A DNA stretch of 55,441 nt, the filler included, from Basidiobolus ranarum (lineage: Eukaryota): NCBI GenBank assembly GCA_040143965.1. It is 5 parts of 5 records of this genome, joined end to end, with 100 filler letters (N's around TTAATTAATTAA, not from the genome) between each part and the next. Parts side by side here need not be neighbours in the genome. Positions count along the whole stretch, not along the records: positions 33,350 to 44,347 come from JASJQH010000648.1; positions 44,448 to 55,441 come from JASJQH010000649.1; 3 more parts are not named here. One strand, written 5' to 3'. Positions 39,110-49,950 of this stretch are shown here, piece after piece. Each line of letters begins with the position of its first letter. The stretch's first letter is position 1. The notes under the pieces were generated by a model. The model ran no database searches. It was not told the DNA's origin and saw only the letters and a list, made by a program, of their open reading frames with translations. Both the position numbers and the translations under genes were made by a program.

Positions 39110-39990
39110 CAGAGTGGCAGAATGTACGAGCTCGATAGGAGAAAGGGCGTGATCTGCGCCCACCCACGGCTATATCCCTCCAGGTGAAGTAATCGCCTGA
39201 TTAGTTTAATTGAGTTGGATAGTAGTTGTTGAACGGCGGCCCTGTGAATGCCGCTTGGAATTTAACCACAAAGAGGAATGACCGCAGCCCAAGAATCCCC
39301 TGCCCACCCAAGCCGGTTATTAACTGGAACGTAAGAACATGTCTGCCATGGCGTGGAAAAGCGGAAGTCTAAAAGAGGGCTCTAGATCGCTAGGACTCTC
39401 ATCAGGAGCTGTAGCATCGGGTTTCCATCGCAGCGGTACCTTGTCTCCTGGAGATATCTGACCATAATCTTACGTAGACATCCTTCAGCATGAGTAATGG
39501 AGCCTTCTTTTGGGCAAGCCTAAAGGTTACAAATGATACAGTGCAACAAGCGATGATGAGATCCTACCCTGATGAGCAGTCGATCCAATGAAGCAACCAC
39601 CTGTGAATCAAATCCGAAACCGAAGCCTCAAAAGATCGAAGTAATACGTTTAGCATTAGAAATCAGCGCTCTGTTGGCCTCTATCAAGGGTGCAAAACAG
39701 CTTCCCTGAGTGCATGGGTTGATTTTACTCAAACGGTTATTAACATCGCTTCGCTGAGAATCACTAGCGTCATCAGCCAGATCCATCCCAGTTGTAACGT
39801 GCTATGTAGCTCGCCCCATCATTTGTAAAGACTGCACGAGGATCTGGTTCAGTAGGGTTCCAGAAGCATATCCTGAACTGCGGATCGTGCGCTTCGTAAC
39901 ACAAGGATTAGTTAAATCCCGGTGTTGGCAAAGAGTGAACCGAATGACCCACACTGACATGGATGCTGCTACTAAAGCTTGCCAACTCAG
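39110..39990 (+). ncRNA. Candidate structured non-coding RNA region (two helix-rich blocks)
   Basis: Multiple hairpins and long-range stems with G-U pairs on the + strand; no ORF of 60 aa or more in 37600-40060. Confidence 0.35.
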
Positions 39991-40737
39991 CTAGATAGCA
40001 ATTAAATAAGCCTTTTGATTCATCCTCCCTCACACTGATTGTTCACCCTTACTCTTCGGGACGTTTATTTGTCTGCTCCTCTATGGTCAAGACATGTTTC
40101 AAGTCTTCCTCTCGACATGCAATAGGCTCTCATTTCTATGGGTGTCCACTCTCCTATTTTTACACCCTTGTCTCGTATTTTCGGGTGAAAGCATGCATTT
40201 GCATTGGCTGGAATCCATGGTGTCGTGATATTCACCTTGCTTGGATTCCGGTGATTGATCACCTGTCACTCAAATGGTCATTCTTGGAACTATCATATAG
40301 GATTTTCATCTTGCCTGGCTTGAGTCGCTCTTTATATACTCCTGTATTATGAGACTGTTAATTCATATATGGATTGATTCTGGTGTAAATGAATCGATCT
40401 TTTTTCATATCGCCTCACAGTATTCATCTATACAGATCCCTTAAATGGAAACTGGGGCTTTCCAGCTCCTCTATCATCACTGGCCTATCTGAACAAGTGG
40501 ATGAGTCTTAGACGACATCATCTTATTTAAAGCGGGATCTTCTGGCTCCTACACCCCAAACTCTATCCCTTCGCTTCCCATAACCTTGGTAGAGGAAGTT
40601 CACACTAGACTATCTGTACTTCTTCCATCCATAGCCTAAACTTGTTAGAACCTAGCTGTCTCCGGTTTCTCGTATATTGTCTCAAGTCAAAGTCTATTCA
40701 TCCCTCCACCATAGCCTCTTCCTAAAATCCCTCAAAT

Positions 40738-41882
40738 ATGGGAAACATTCAGACCAAAAGAGATGCCTCTCTAGTAGATGGTGGTGGATTTACGCCAAAC
40801 GGAATTTACACAGCAGAGCAAGACTTCGACCACCGTGTGGTACGTAAACTTATTGTCGAAAGAAAGATTTCTCCTTTCTACAGAGGCTTGGCCGAAACCA
40901 ACGACATCCAAAAAGAGCAATCCACTATTGGCCTCTCCAAGAGGTTCTTATCAAATGCCAAATCTGCTAGCTGTATCTCAAAAAACAAGTTAGAGGGATG
41001 CAAAGTATCCCCGGTCGATCTCTATCGAAACGCTGTTGAATGTCCTATTTGTTTTTTGGTTAGTATTGGCGTTTGCTAACTGTAGTAACCACCTAACTAA
41101 CTGTTCTTCCCAAATCTTCTCCACAGTATTACCCCAAAAATATCAACTATACCCGCTGCTGTCGTCAGCCAATCTGTACCGAATGTTTTGTGCAAATGAA
41201 GAGACTCAACAACACAACCTCCGCCACATGTCCATACTGTGTCGAGCCAAATTTTGGAATCGTCTATGAGGCTCCATTCGACGTTACCTTCTATACCGGC
41301 GGTTACAAATCCACTGTACTTTCTAAAGATACCGTCAAAGTTCGTAAGGGATCTATTCATCACAACAGCCCCGAAGTAGTCACCAGTGATGATATTCGCC
41401 CTGACTATGTACGTCGTCTGCACATTAGTTCACTGGGGAATCGTGGCTTTCATCGGCATGCGAACCTATCCCTTGCTCGTCGATTGTTTCATCCTCGTCT
41501 GAGCTCTCGGCGGAACAATAGTTCTCAACCGACTGCCGAACTCTCATCAGACAACAATGAGCAAGTAGATATGGCTCTAGAAGAGCTTATGATAATGGAA
41601 GCCATACGACAGAGTCTACGTCAACACGGTATAGACGAACGGAGTACGGATGCAATACATCGTGACTCCAGTTCGGAAGAACACTATGTTCTAGATGACT
41701 TATTCAATGACCATAGTTCAACCCGAAATAACCCACACGTAATCAGCGATGATGAGGAAATCCGTAGCCTTGCCTCAAGTCATCAATCAGTGTCAGGTAG
41801 CGAAGGCCATGGCGGGACTCGTAACAAACCCACCGTACAAGTCAGAGAAATAGGCGTCACCAATGGAAACTCTCTGACATAA
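40738..41882 (+). CDS. SIP5: Sip5-family RING-type protein; exons 40738-41058 and 41127-41882
   Basis: MGN start; VDGG...P.GIY...QDFD..VVRKLI.ERK..PFYRG; ECPICFL|YYP.NIN.TRCC.QPICTECFVQMKR...CPYC; UIM-like LEELMIMEAIRQSL. Intron 41059-41126. Confidence 0.9.
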
Positions 41883-42628
41883 CGAACTAAGGAGCATGTT
41901 CATGGTGTAGAATGTACTGGCTTCATTCTATCGCTTACATCAATTGGGAACTCATCGGCAGTATAATATGAATTCAAAGTGTCTTCGTTATCTAGTAACC
42001 AACCATTTTCTTAGCTCTTGTGCCATAAAATCGTGTATTAATAGCCTGCACACTCATCAGTGCTCCCTTTTCATGCTTGGTACCCTTACCAACCACTTAG
42101 TGATTTCGCGCTTTCTACATACCATTAACCCTGCGGATTATTGACCAGTCAAGATAAAGCCAAGCTCTTTATCGCACTTTTATCTGTGTAACTTTCCCCA
42201 ATCATATTAATAGAAATCCATTGGATCCAACGAGCATCTCCAGATGATAAAGCAAATAGTATACCACGCAGACTGAGTATGTCGCTTCTGAGGGCTCCAA
42301 ACCATGAAGTACTGGTAATGTGTACAAGCATTTCTTCTCTTGAACCATGCAAACACCTTGACATGGATAGCGTATGTTGTAGCTCACTCATCGCTATTCC
42401 ACGATCTTATCACTGGCGATTTTTTAATTGGCTTGCATGTATCTACATATAATCTAATAAAACGAATACGATTCCCCATGAAATTCCCATTGAATCACAA
42501 GAGAATGAAGCCATGAGATTTCACTAATACTATTTTCTATTTCTATTTCTATATCTATTTGTAGGTTTGAAATCGATTTAAAAATACCTTCGTTTCCTGT
42601 TTCTCAGAACCCTTTCACACTAGTTCCC

Positions 42629-42976
42629 ATGATATTCACTCGTTTAGAAAGTGTTAAGAATTCTAACGTTTCTCATGACCCTGATGTGTCCAAGAGAGTC
42701 TTGTTAAAATATGGAGATATACCGAACATCACCCAATTCGCCCAAGCAGTTTTAAAGCCCGGACAAGTGTCGTCGATGCACTCTCATCAGGACATGTCGG
42801 AAGTATTTTTTGTACAAAGTGGGTTTGCTGAGATGGAAGTAGATGAGACGCTACTTAGTCTTAGTCCTGGTAGTTGCATTACCATCCGACCAAAAGAAAA
42901 GCATGAGATTAGAAATACTGGGGAAGAGGAGTTAGTATTATTATATTTTGGTGTATTAGATAATTCTTCAGTTTAA
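42629..42976 (+). CDS. Single-domain cupin (Cupin_2-like), intronless, bacterial type
   Basis: VSHDP...K.VLL..GD.P.ITQF.QA...PGQ....HSHQDMSEVFFV.SG ... PG.CI.I.P.EKHEI.NTG.EEL.L.YFG; both cupin metal motifs present. Confidence 0.88.
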   Translation: MIFTRLESVKNSNVSHDPDVSKRVLLKYGDIPNITQFAQAVLKPGQVSSMHSHQDMSEVFFVQSGFAEMEVDETLLSLSPGSCITIRPKEKHEIRNTGEEELVLLYFGVLDNSSV

Positions 42977-44347
42977 TAGAGCTTGAAATCTATATCTATA
43001 GTTTCCTTTCCTTTCCCAAACTTAATAAATTCTCGTCCTCTTTCACTTATCTCATTTCTCCTTTCTCCTTTCTACCCCTCTGTTTATCTTAATTTTGCTT
43101 TTTTCATTCTCTATTCAACGAATCATATCACCTAGAGAAATTCTTGTCGAAACTATCAATATTCCTGACTAATGAATTTATTCAGGGAGAGATCTACTTG
43201 ACCCTAAAATGATGTTGTTACATATTACAAAGAAAAATAGTCTATTAACTCCTTCCACTGAGGAATACGGACTAGAACTAGTTAGTGATGCATATCCTCC
43301 AATTATCTTCTAAAAAACTATCCCATGTAACATTATTCACATACATTGTAAATATCAAAGTTAGTAAACATCATTTAGTCAAAGATAGTTTAGCGGTAAG
43401 TTGGAACAAATACCTAGTATGTTTGTGAATTATTCACAAGTTGGTCAAGTAAAACATGAATTTTACATGATTTTACTTCCACAGATGTACTGAACCTAAT
43501 CCCAGTGTTGATTTTCTGTATTTCTGCCAAAACATAGAAATACTTTATTTCATGACAATAAGCTTAACTCAAGTTCATAAGGACTCCATTTCTCAAAAAC
43601 TCCCTCACAAAGCACTAATTCTAAAATCATTTTGATTAAAAGCCGCAATCAAACTAAAGGTACACAGACTAGTGTACTGTTGAAACAATATATATTTAGG
43701 CTCCTTACTGCCTTTGCTTTAAATATGTGTATTTATGTAGATTTGCATAGTGTTAAAGTATGCACAAAGAATTGTGTATTTTAAAGTTCATGTAACATAG
43801 CTGCCAGTCATTTTTATATGCACAAGTAGCTAACATCAGAATGAGTGATAAATACTGATGAAAGTAATTCAGGATTGATATGATATATTCAGAGAGTTAA
43901 TATCCTGAAAATAGGACTTCTATTATTACTACAGTGAAATCTTTGGCTACTCAAATGGAAGATATAGGTGAAACTTTACAGGAAGAAGATATCACCAGAG
44001 TACTGATACGTAGTTATCCTGAGGAATACGCAAACTATTGAAGTCTACCATCGTTACCATATACATAATCCCCATGTCTGTGCACTCGACTGTTTGAAAT
44101 ATGACATCTAAGAAAGTCAACATTAACTAGTTTAATGCTGATCAAGTTCAGAGCATATGCATGAGATGCTTATGAAGTTTGGAAGAATTAGCAATGTTTA
44201 ATTTGAAAGTTATGTTGAAATTAGTATTGCCTAAAGACCTATATAGTCATATATAACTTAGTACTTAGTTATCTTATAATTCACTAAGATATTATCAATT
44301 ATTCTCAATTGGAATTTACTTAAAATATTGACACCAACTTAGAAGTT

Positions 44348-44447
44348 NNNNNNNNNNNNNNNNNNNNNNNNNNNNNNNNNNNNNNNNNNNNTTAATTAAT
44401 TAANNNNNNNNNNNNNNNNNNNNNNNNNNNNNNNNNNNNNNNNNNNN
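44348..44447. other. Artificial contig linker
   Basis: N44-TTAATTAATTAA-N44. Confidence 0.99.
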
Positions 44448-44976
44448 ATTGCTACAGTCGCCACTTAAAGTGATTGGCTTTGATCAGCAAACTCAACAAT
44501 CACTACTAACTGCGGCGGTACTATGTAGCTAGCCTATGCTTTGGATTGCCGGGAAACTTGGTGTATTTTGAACGGAAATTATTTCGCATGTTTCAACTAA
44601 ACTCTCGGAAAAATATGCCGTCTTCAGCGGTCGGATGACTTGATTGGTCAAATGAGCGGTGATTGAAAATGCTTATACTGTAGAGTATTTTAAGACTGGA
44701 TGTCGCATAATTTCTAGGCTTTTACCCGTAAGCATTCCCAATCAATCCGTGGGGCTTTTGTATTACGTCGACTCAAAGTACAGGTTGGCCGATAAGTTGG
44801 GTCATCTTAGGCATTCTATCTTAATTAGGTGCAACGAAGCGTGGGTGTGAATTTTGCTCCCTCAGAAGCTTGGGGTGGAATGATCTCTGACGAATGCTAT
44901 AAAGGTTCACGAGAATTTCGATGAGACAATTTAAATCGTTCTCAGTTAACAACTTCCCCGATAACATCATCCTTCA

Positions 44977-46157
44977 ATGGCTGTCACCACCGCTCAACAA
45001 GATAAGGAAGCCTCTATCAAGCATCACGGCGAACATGTCGTTGCTGAGGAGCGTAACTTACTCAAGAAATTAACCACCAAGGATAAGTCTCTGAACAAAA
45101 ATGCCGTCGATGAATACTACAAATATTGGACTGAAGATGAGAAGAAGAACTTGGACACTTACGATGCTCATGTAGAAGAGCGTCGTGCTAATGCTTCATA
45201 TTTGACTAACAAATTCTACGACTTGGTCACTGATTTTTATGAGTATGGTTGGTGTGAATCCTTCCATTTCGCTCGTGCCTTTAAATGTAAGCTCTCATTC
45301 AACCTCTGTTTGTGAACGTGTATGTGACTAAACTTGTGGTAATAATAGATGATAATTTCATGGACTCCATTAAGCGTCATGAACATTATATCGGTCTTAA
45401 GCTCGCCTTAAAGCCCGGTATGAAGGTTCTGGATGTAGGTTGTGGTGTTGGTGGCCCTCTTCGTGAGTTGGTTCGTTTCACAGGTGCTCACATTACCGGA
45501 TTGAACAACAATGATTATCAAATCGAGCGTGCACGCAACTACAGTGAGAAATGTCAACTTCAAGAGTTAACTGATTACGTCAAGGGCGATTTCTTGAATA
45601 TCCCCCTTAATGACAACACTTTTGATGCTGTCTACAGTATAGAAGCTACATGCCATGCTCGTAAATTGGAGGATGTCTACGGGGAGATTTTCCGTGTTCT
45701 CAAGCCTGGATGTCAATATGCTTGCTACGAATGGTGTATGACTGCCAAATATGACCCCACTAACCCTGATCACAAACGCGTTGCTCTCGCTATTGAAGAA
45801 GGAAATGGTATTTCTCATCTATATACTACCGAAGAATGTCTCCAAGCTTTACGCAACGTCGGTTTCGAAGTCATTGAATCCGAAGATGTGATTGCTCCCA
45901 AGCCAACTGATGAGCCTTGGTACAAGTGGTTACAAGGATCAGCTGTTTCTAACTTCCGTATGTCTGCCTTCGGTGCCTGGTGTACTATGAACATGGTCAA
46001 CGTTCTTGAGAAAGTTGGAATTGCTGCTCCTGGTTCCACCAAGGTATCAGCACTTTTGTACGAAGCTAATGGTGCTCTTCAAAGTGGTGGATCTCGCGAG
46101 TTGTTCACTCCCTCTTTCTTGTTTGTTGCACGCAAACCCGAATCATCTTCTAACTAA
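44977..46157 (+). CDS. ERG6: Sterol 24-C-methyltransferase; exons 44977-45286 and 45349-46157
   Basis: FYDLVTDFYEYGW.ESFHFA, RHEHY, VLDVGCGVGGP, GLNNNDYQI, YSIEATCHA, YGEIFRVLKPG, YEWCMT, IEEGNGI. Phase-1 intron 45287-45348 (GTAAGC...AATAG). Confidence 0.96.
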
Positions 46158-48096
46158 AAAAGTCTTTTCTACGTCACACACTATTCCCTAAAATATGTAG
46201 CATACACTAGTTGTTATGATTATCACGATTCCTCCCTCCTTTCATAATTTTCATATGCATCTTCATACTATTAATCCTTCTTTTGACTTGAATTAAATGT
46301 CTTAAATCTATCCGTCTTCTACACGCTATATTCCTCTTGGTTGTGCTAGACCTGGAGGTTATTTGTACTTCACAAAATGATCCCAACCGAGAATTTTTTA
46401 TGCTGGGTAACTCGTATCAACTGATCATAATACTATCTTGGTAATGCGCTGCCGAGGTCGTTCTCAGCTCATGATCATCATTAGAGCTTTTACTAGGAAC
46501 ACGGAAGATGAAGCTTCCATGAATGCATGCATTTACCCAAGTGTCACACATATATGTACTGCATGTGTTGAATATAATGAAGTTCTCTTCCAGAAACAAC
46601 TCTGTAGTATGCAAAAACATCAGGGCACTGATCATCTGCTATAAAATGGCTACATGGATCGCAGTTCCAAACTAATATTTGGGAATGATGATCATGGTAG
46701 GCTCGTTTACCAGTGATGCCTTTAAAAAACCTCTCTAATACTGAGAAATCCACTGAAAAGTTAAGGAGTATGAATGTTTGTAAACACGGGTTTCTGTATA
46801 GCGTAGCAATTGAACTGTTGGAGTTATGAGTCAATGTAAGCTGCCACAGTGTTTTGCCGCGAGTTGAGTTCGACTATTGTTACATATTGCTTAGTATCCA
46901 CTCGACAGACCTTTTTATTTACTAATAATACTTAGTATACTCTCAACATTCTTTTTCCTCTCATTAGGTAATGGACTCAGTGCTTTAGTCAGTATTTATA
47001 TTCTCTTGTTATTCTTGACTGTACTACGCTTCCATAGAAGAGCGAATTTGAGCATTCAAAACTTACTTACCCGTGTTTCATGGGCTGAACACTATGGAAA
47101 CGATAGAGAATTAAGTCATGCAATCAATGCAACTATACCATTTTCATCATATTCTCAGTAGAACTAAGCTTTCAAAATTCAATTATTCAATCAATTAAAG
47201 CATATAATATGAGCTCCAATATTCTGTGACAGCATACATGTTGATTAGCTATGTTTGAATATGGAATGAAGATGTCCTAATTTCTCAGTAGCTTATAGAC
47301 TCTACATGGATTCTTGGGAGAAACTCATTTCCTGCCTGACCTAGCTAGTACACAAGCGAAAGATGGAAAGTATACTTTTATTTTTTCACTACGTTAGTAA
47401 TGTTTTTGGAATCCTATTTAGCAACGTCAACAGTAAAGACATTGATAGATAGTACTCACAGACAACCTCAGGGCTTAAACGGTTCGAATTGGGAGCAATT
47501 AGCCTCCAAGATACCAAAAGCATTGTTGATTATAATCTACCTTCTTCATTTTCCGAAAATATGCATACTTGCGCCTTTTAGTTGAAGCTCAAGTGATCGC
47601 TTCAAGGTCAGTACTTGTATTTGCCCTAAATCTCGGTCATGGCTACTATGAAAGATGTTGAAAGTTAGTAGAGAAAAAAATTGGACTTGTTTGGGATACA
47701 CAGGGGAAGAAAAGAGTTATCTTAGGTAAAAAATTGACGAAGCACTCCATTAAAGAATTGAATTATCAATCACCAGGTATCTAGAAGCCCAAATACAGAA
47801 ATACTTTCGTAGAGTTCTTAAGAGCAACTTTATGGCTAAATAAATGTAAATAATACATTTCCAAATCTTAGTCTTGTCGATCGATTCAATTTGTATGATA
47901 GAACTTGACAAAAATGACTACCTCTGTTATTCACTACATTAAACTTTGATTTAGGGAATACTCGAGTTCCAATCTTTGCAGCAGTTGTAACGGAAATAAG
48001 TTATCAAAGAAACAATCTGCGCTATATTCACTTCGATACTTTACTATGGTTATGATAACTTTGCGCTATAACAGCTGGCTGCGCTCTTAAATATAA

Positions 48097-48150
48097 GGCG
48101 CTGTAGCTCAGTGAAATGAGGTGGGAGTCCCAGGTTTGACCCCTGGTTGG
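48097..48150 (+). pseudogene. Degenerate tRNA or tRNA-derived (SINE-like) fragment
   Basis: GGCGCTGTAGCTCAGTG (acceptor 5' strand plus A-box) and CCAGGTTTGACCCCTGG (T-arm with mutated TTCG B-box). The anticodon arm is missing and there is no complementary 3' acceptor strand. Confidence 0.6.
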
Positions 48151-49554
48151 ATTACATCTGAAGGATGTCCACTGTATCATGTTCATTTGGGTCATACCTT
48201 ATTATATTTACAATCTGAGTCTGTTTCTTTGACTAGAAATCTGTATAAATAACATTAGTTATTAACCACCTATCCATAATATATAAATAATGGATGGTAA
48301 GAAATACTCAGCAAATAACTCTGGTTAAATATGCGTACATAACTGTGGAGTAATTGGTAGTCTATATACACATATTAGCTCCCTTCCACTCATATTGGCA
48401 CAAACAACACATTATATATTGTAAGAATGTTTACTTTTATTTGTTGCTAAAGCAGGGGTATTGCTAAAGTTGATATTTCCTTGATTGTATGCACCCTACG
48501 GTGGCGGTTTAAGAGAGTTGAGAGTAATCCAAAGGGGTTCTTATCCTGTTAGCTAAACATACCAATTACTGAGGTGTCTGCAACACCAATATCCACCTCT
48601 TACAGTGGATTGGAGATCTCCATTGTCAGATGAATATCGCGATTGACAAATACAAAATCTGTTAATATCACAATCAACTGGTACTACGTGCTTATTGAGA
48701 GCAAAGAAAATAACTATAAACTTAACAAATCCCCCTCTAGAGTTGAATTGCTGGTATATAAAGGTCTATGAAAACTCCGATTCTGAAAAGACCAAAGATA
48801 TAATCGCTAGTCCATAAATCTATATGAATTGCTGAATGTGTAGCATTTCTGCTTCAAATTTTGAACCGGGAACCTTTGCATGAAGCTTGTATCAAAGACC
48901 AGCAAGCTGAAGATTTGATAAAGTTGTTAGAAAATACTTCAGAAGCATAGTAAATGCTTGTGTACCTAATACGTAATATAATGTATCTTTACTACTTTTA
49001 ACTGTTCCATTGATACTCACATTAAACTAGCTTACCAGGATTATACTGTGTCATTGAATTATACACAGGAAGTTCTAGGTTTTGGCTGTGATACCGAGAT
49101 AGTCATCGAGATCAGATTAGATGAGTCTAGATGTACAAGTTTCTCCTTTTTCATGTGAATCCTCTTCTCCTAAATATGTACTTGATGCTTGGGCTTTCTT
49201 GCACTAAACCGGTTCGATTGGACTGCGCAATGAAATGAATGTGTTTATACGGTTCGATACAAAAACGGGAATTTTGCTTTAATCATTTTCAGAAGATGAC
49301 TCTTGTCTGTAATTAATAACAAGTTTCTAAGTTAGCCTGTTACCATATTATATATTTACTTCTTTAGTGTTATTCATTAGGAGGCATTTGGATTCATCAA
49401 TCTTTATTCAGTCAAGAGCTTTGGTACAAGAAACGCTCATTCAGCAAAATATTTATTTCAAATTGATTACTAGCTCATATACATCTCGATTCGTAAAAGA
49501 AACAAAGAATGTGTATTGTTTGCCATACCGTATTTCTCGCTTTCTTCCACGCCC

Positions 49555-49950
49555 TTAATCTTTTTCTTGGAATCTTTCGAAGTCTGAATTTGAGTATTGA
49601 TTGCTGGACTGCTTGCCTCCACTTGGGTCCCATACATCATATTTCTCATTGTGAATAATAACAAAATGCTGCCTTCCTTTCAATTTACCAATGCAAGGAA
49701 ATGTACTAGGCTTAAGAGTCCGTTTAGAGTATCCTTTCCAGGTACAATCGGCACTATCGTTTACATGGTTGTTAATATTTTTCTCATCTGGGGTAAGATC
49801 CTTGAGAGCAAGAAGGCATAGAACAGCGCAACCATATGTACAGCACCAACACTTTGGTTCCACATTTGTCCCTTGTTTTGGAGCCTTTTTCAGATGTCCC
49901 TTGCATGCACCTTGATTTTGAACATAACAATCTGCGTAGTCCTTTAACAT
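49555..49950 (-). CDS. Small papain-fold cysteine peptidase-like protein (peptidase C39-like)
   Basis: Q...YGCAVLCL (catalytic Cys helix), HFVII (His) and VWDPS (Asp) in C39-type order and spacing. ATG at 49950; a possible upstream exon could splice via the CTACAGCAG acceptor near 49966. Confidence 0.6.
   Translation of the reverse strand: MLKDYADCYVQNQGACKGHLKKAPKQGTNVEPKCWCCTYGCAVLCLLALKDLTPDEKNINNHVNDSADCTWKGYSKRTLKPSTFPCIGKLKGRQHFVIIHNEKYDVWDPSGGKQSSNQYSNSDFERFQEKD

Noticed and set aside
39569-39625. Hammerhead ribozyme (CTGATGAG ... CGAAAC)
   Set aside because: Stem II does not pair beyond one base pair, and no matching stem III with a GUH cleavage site was found.
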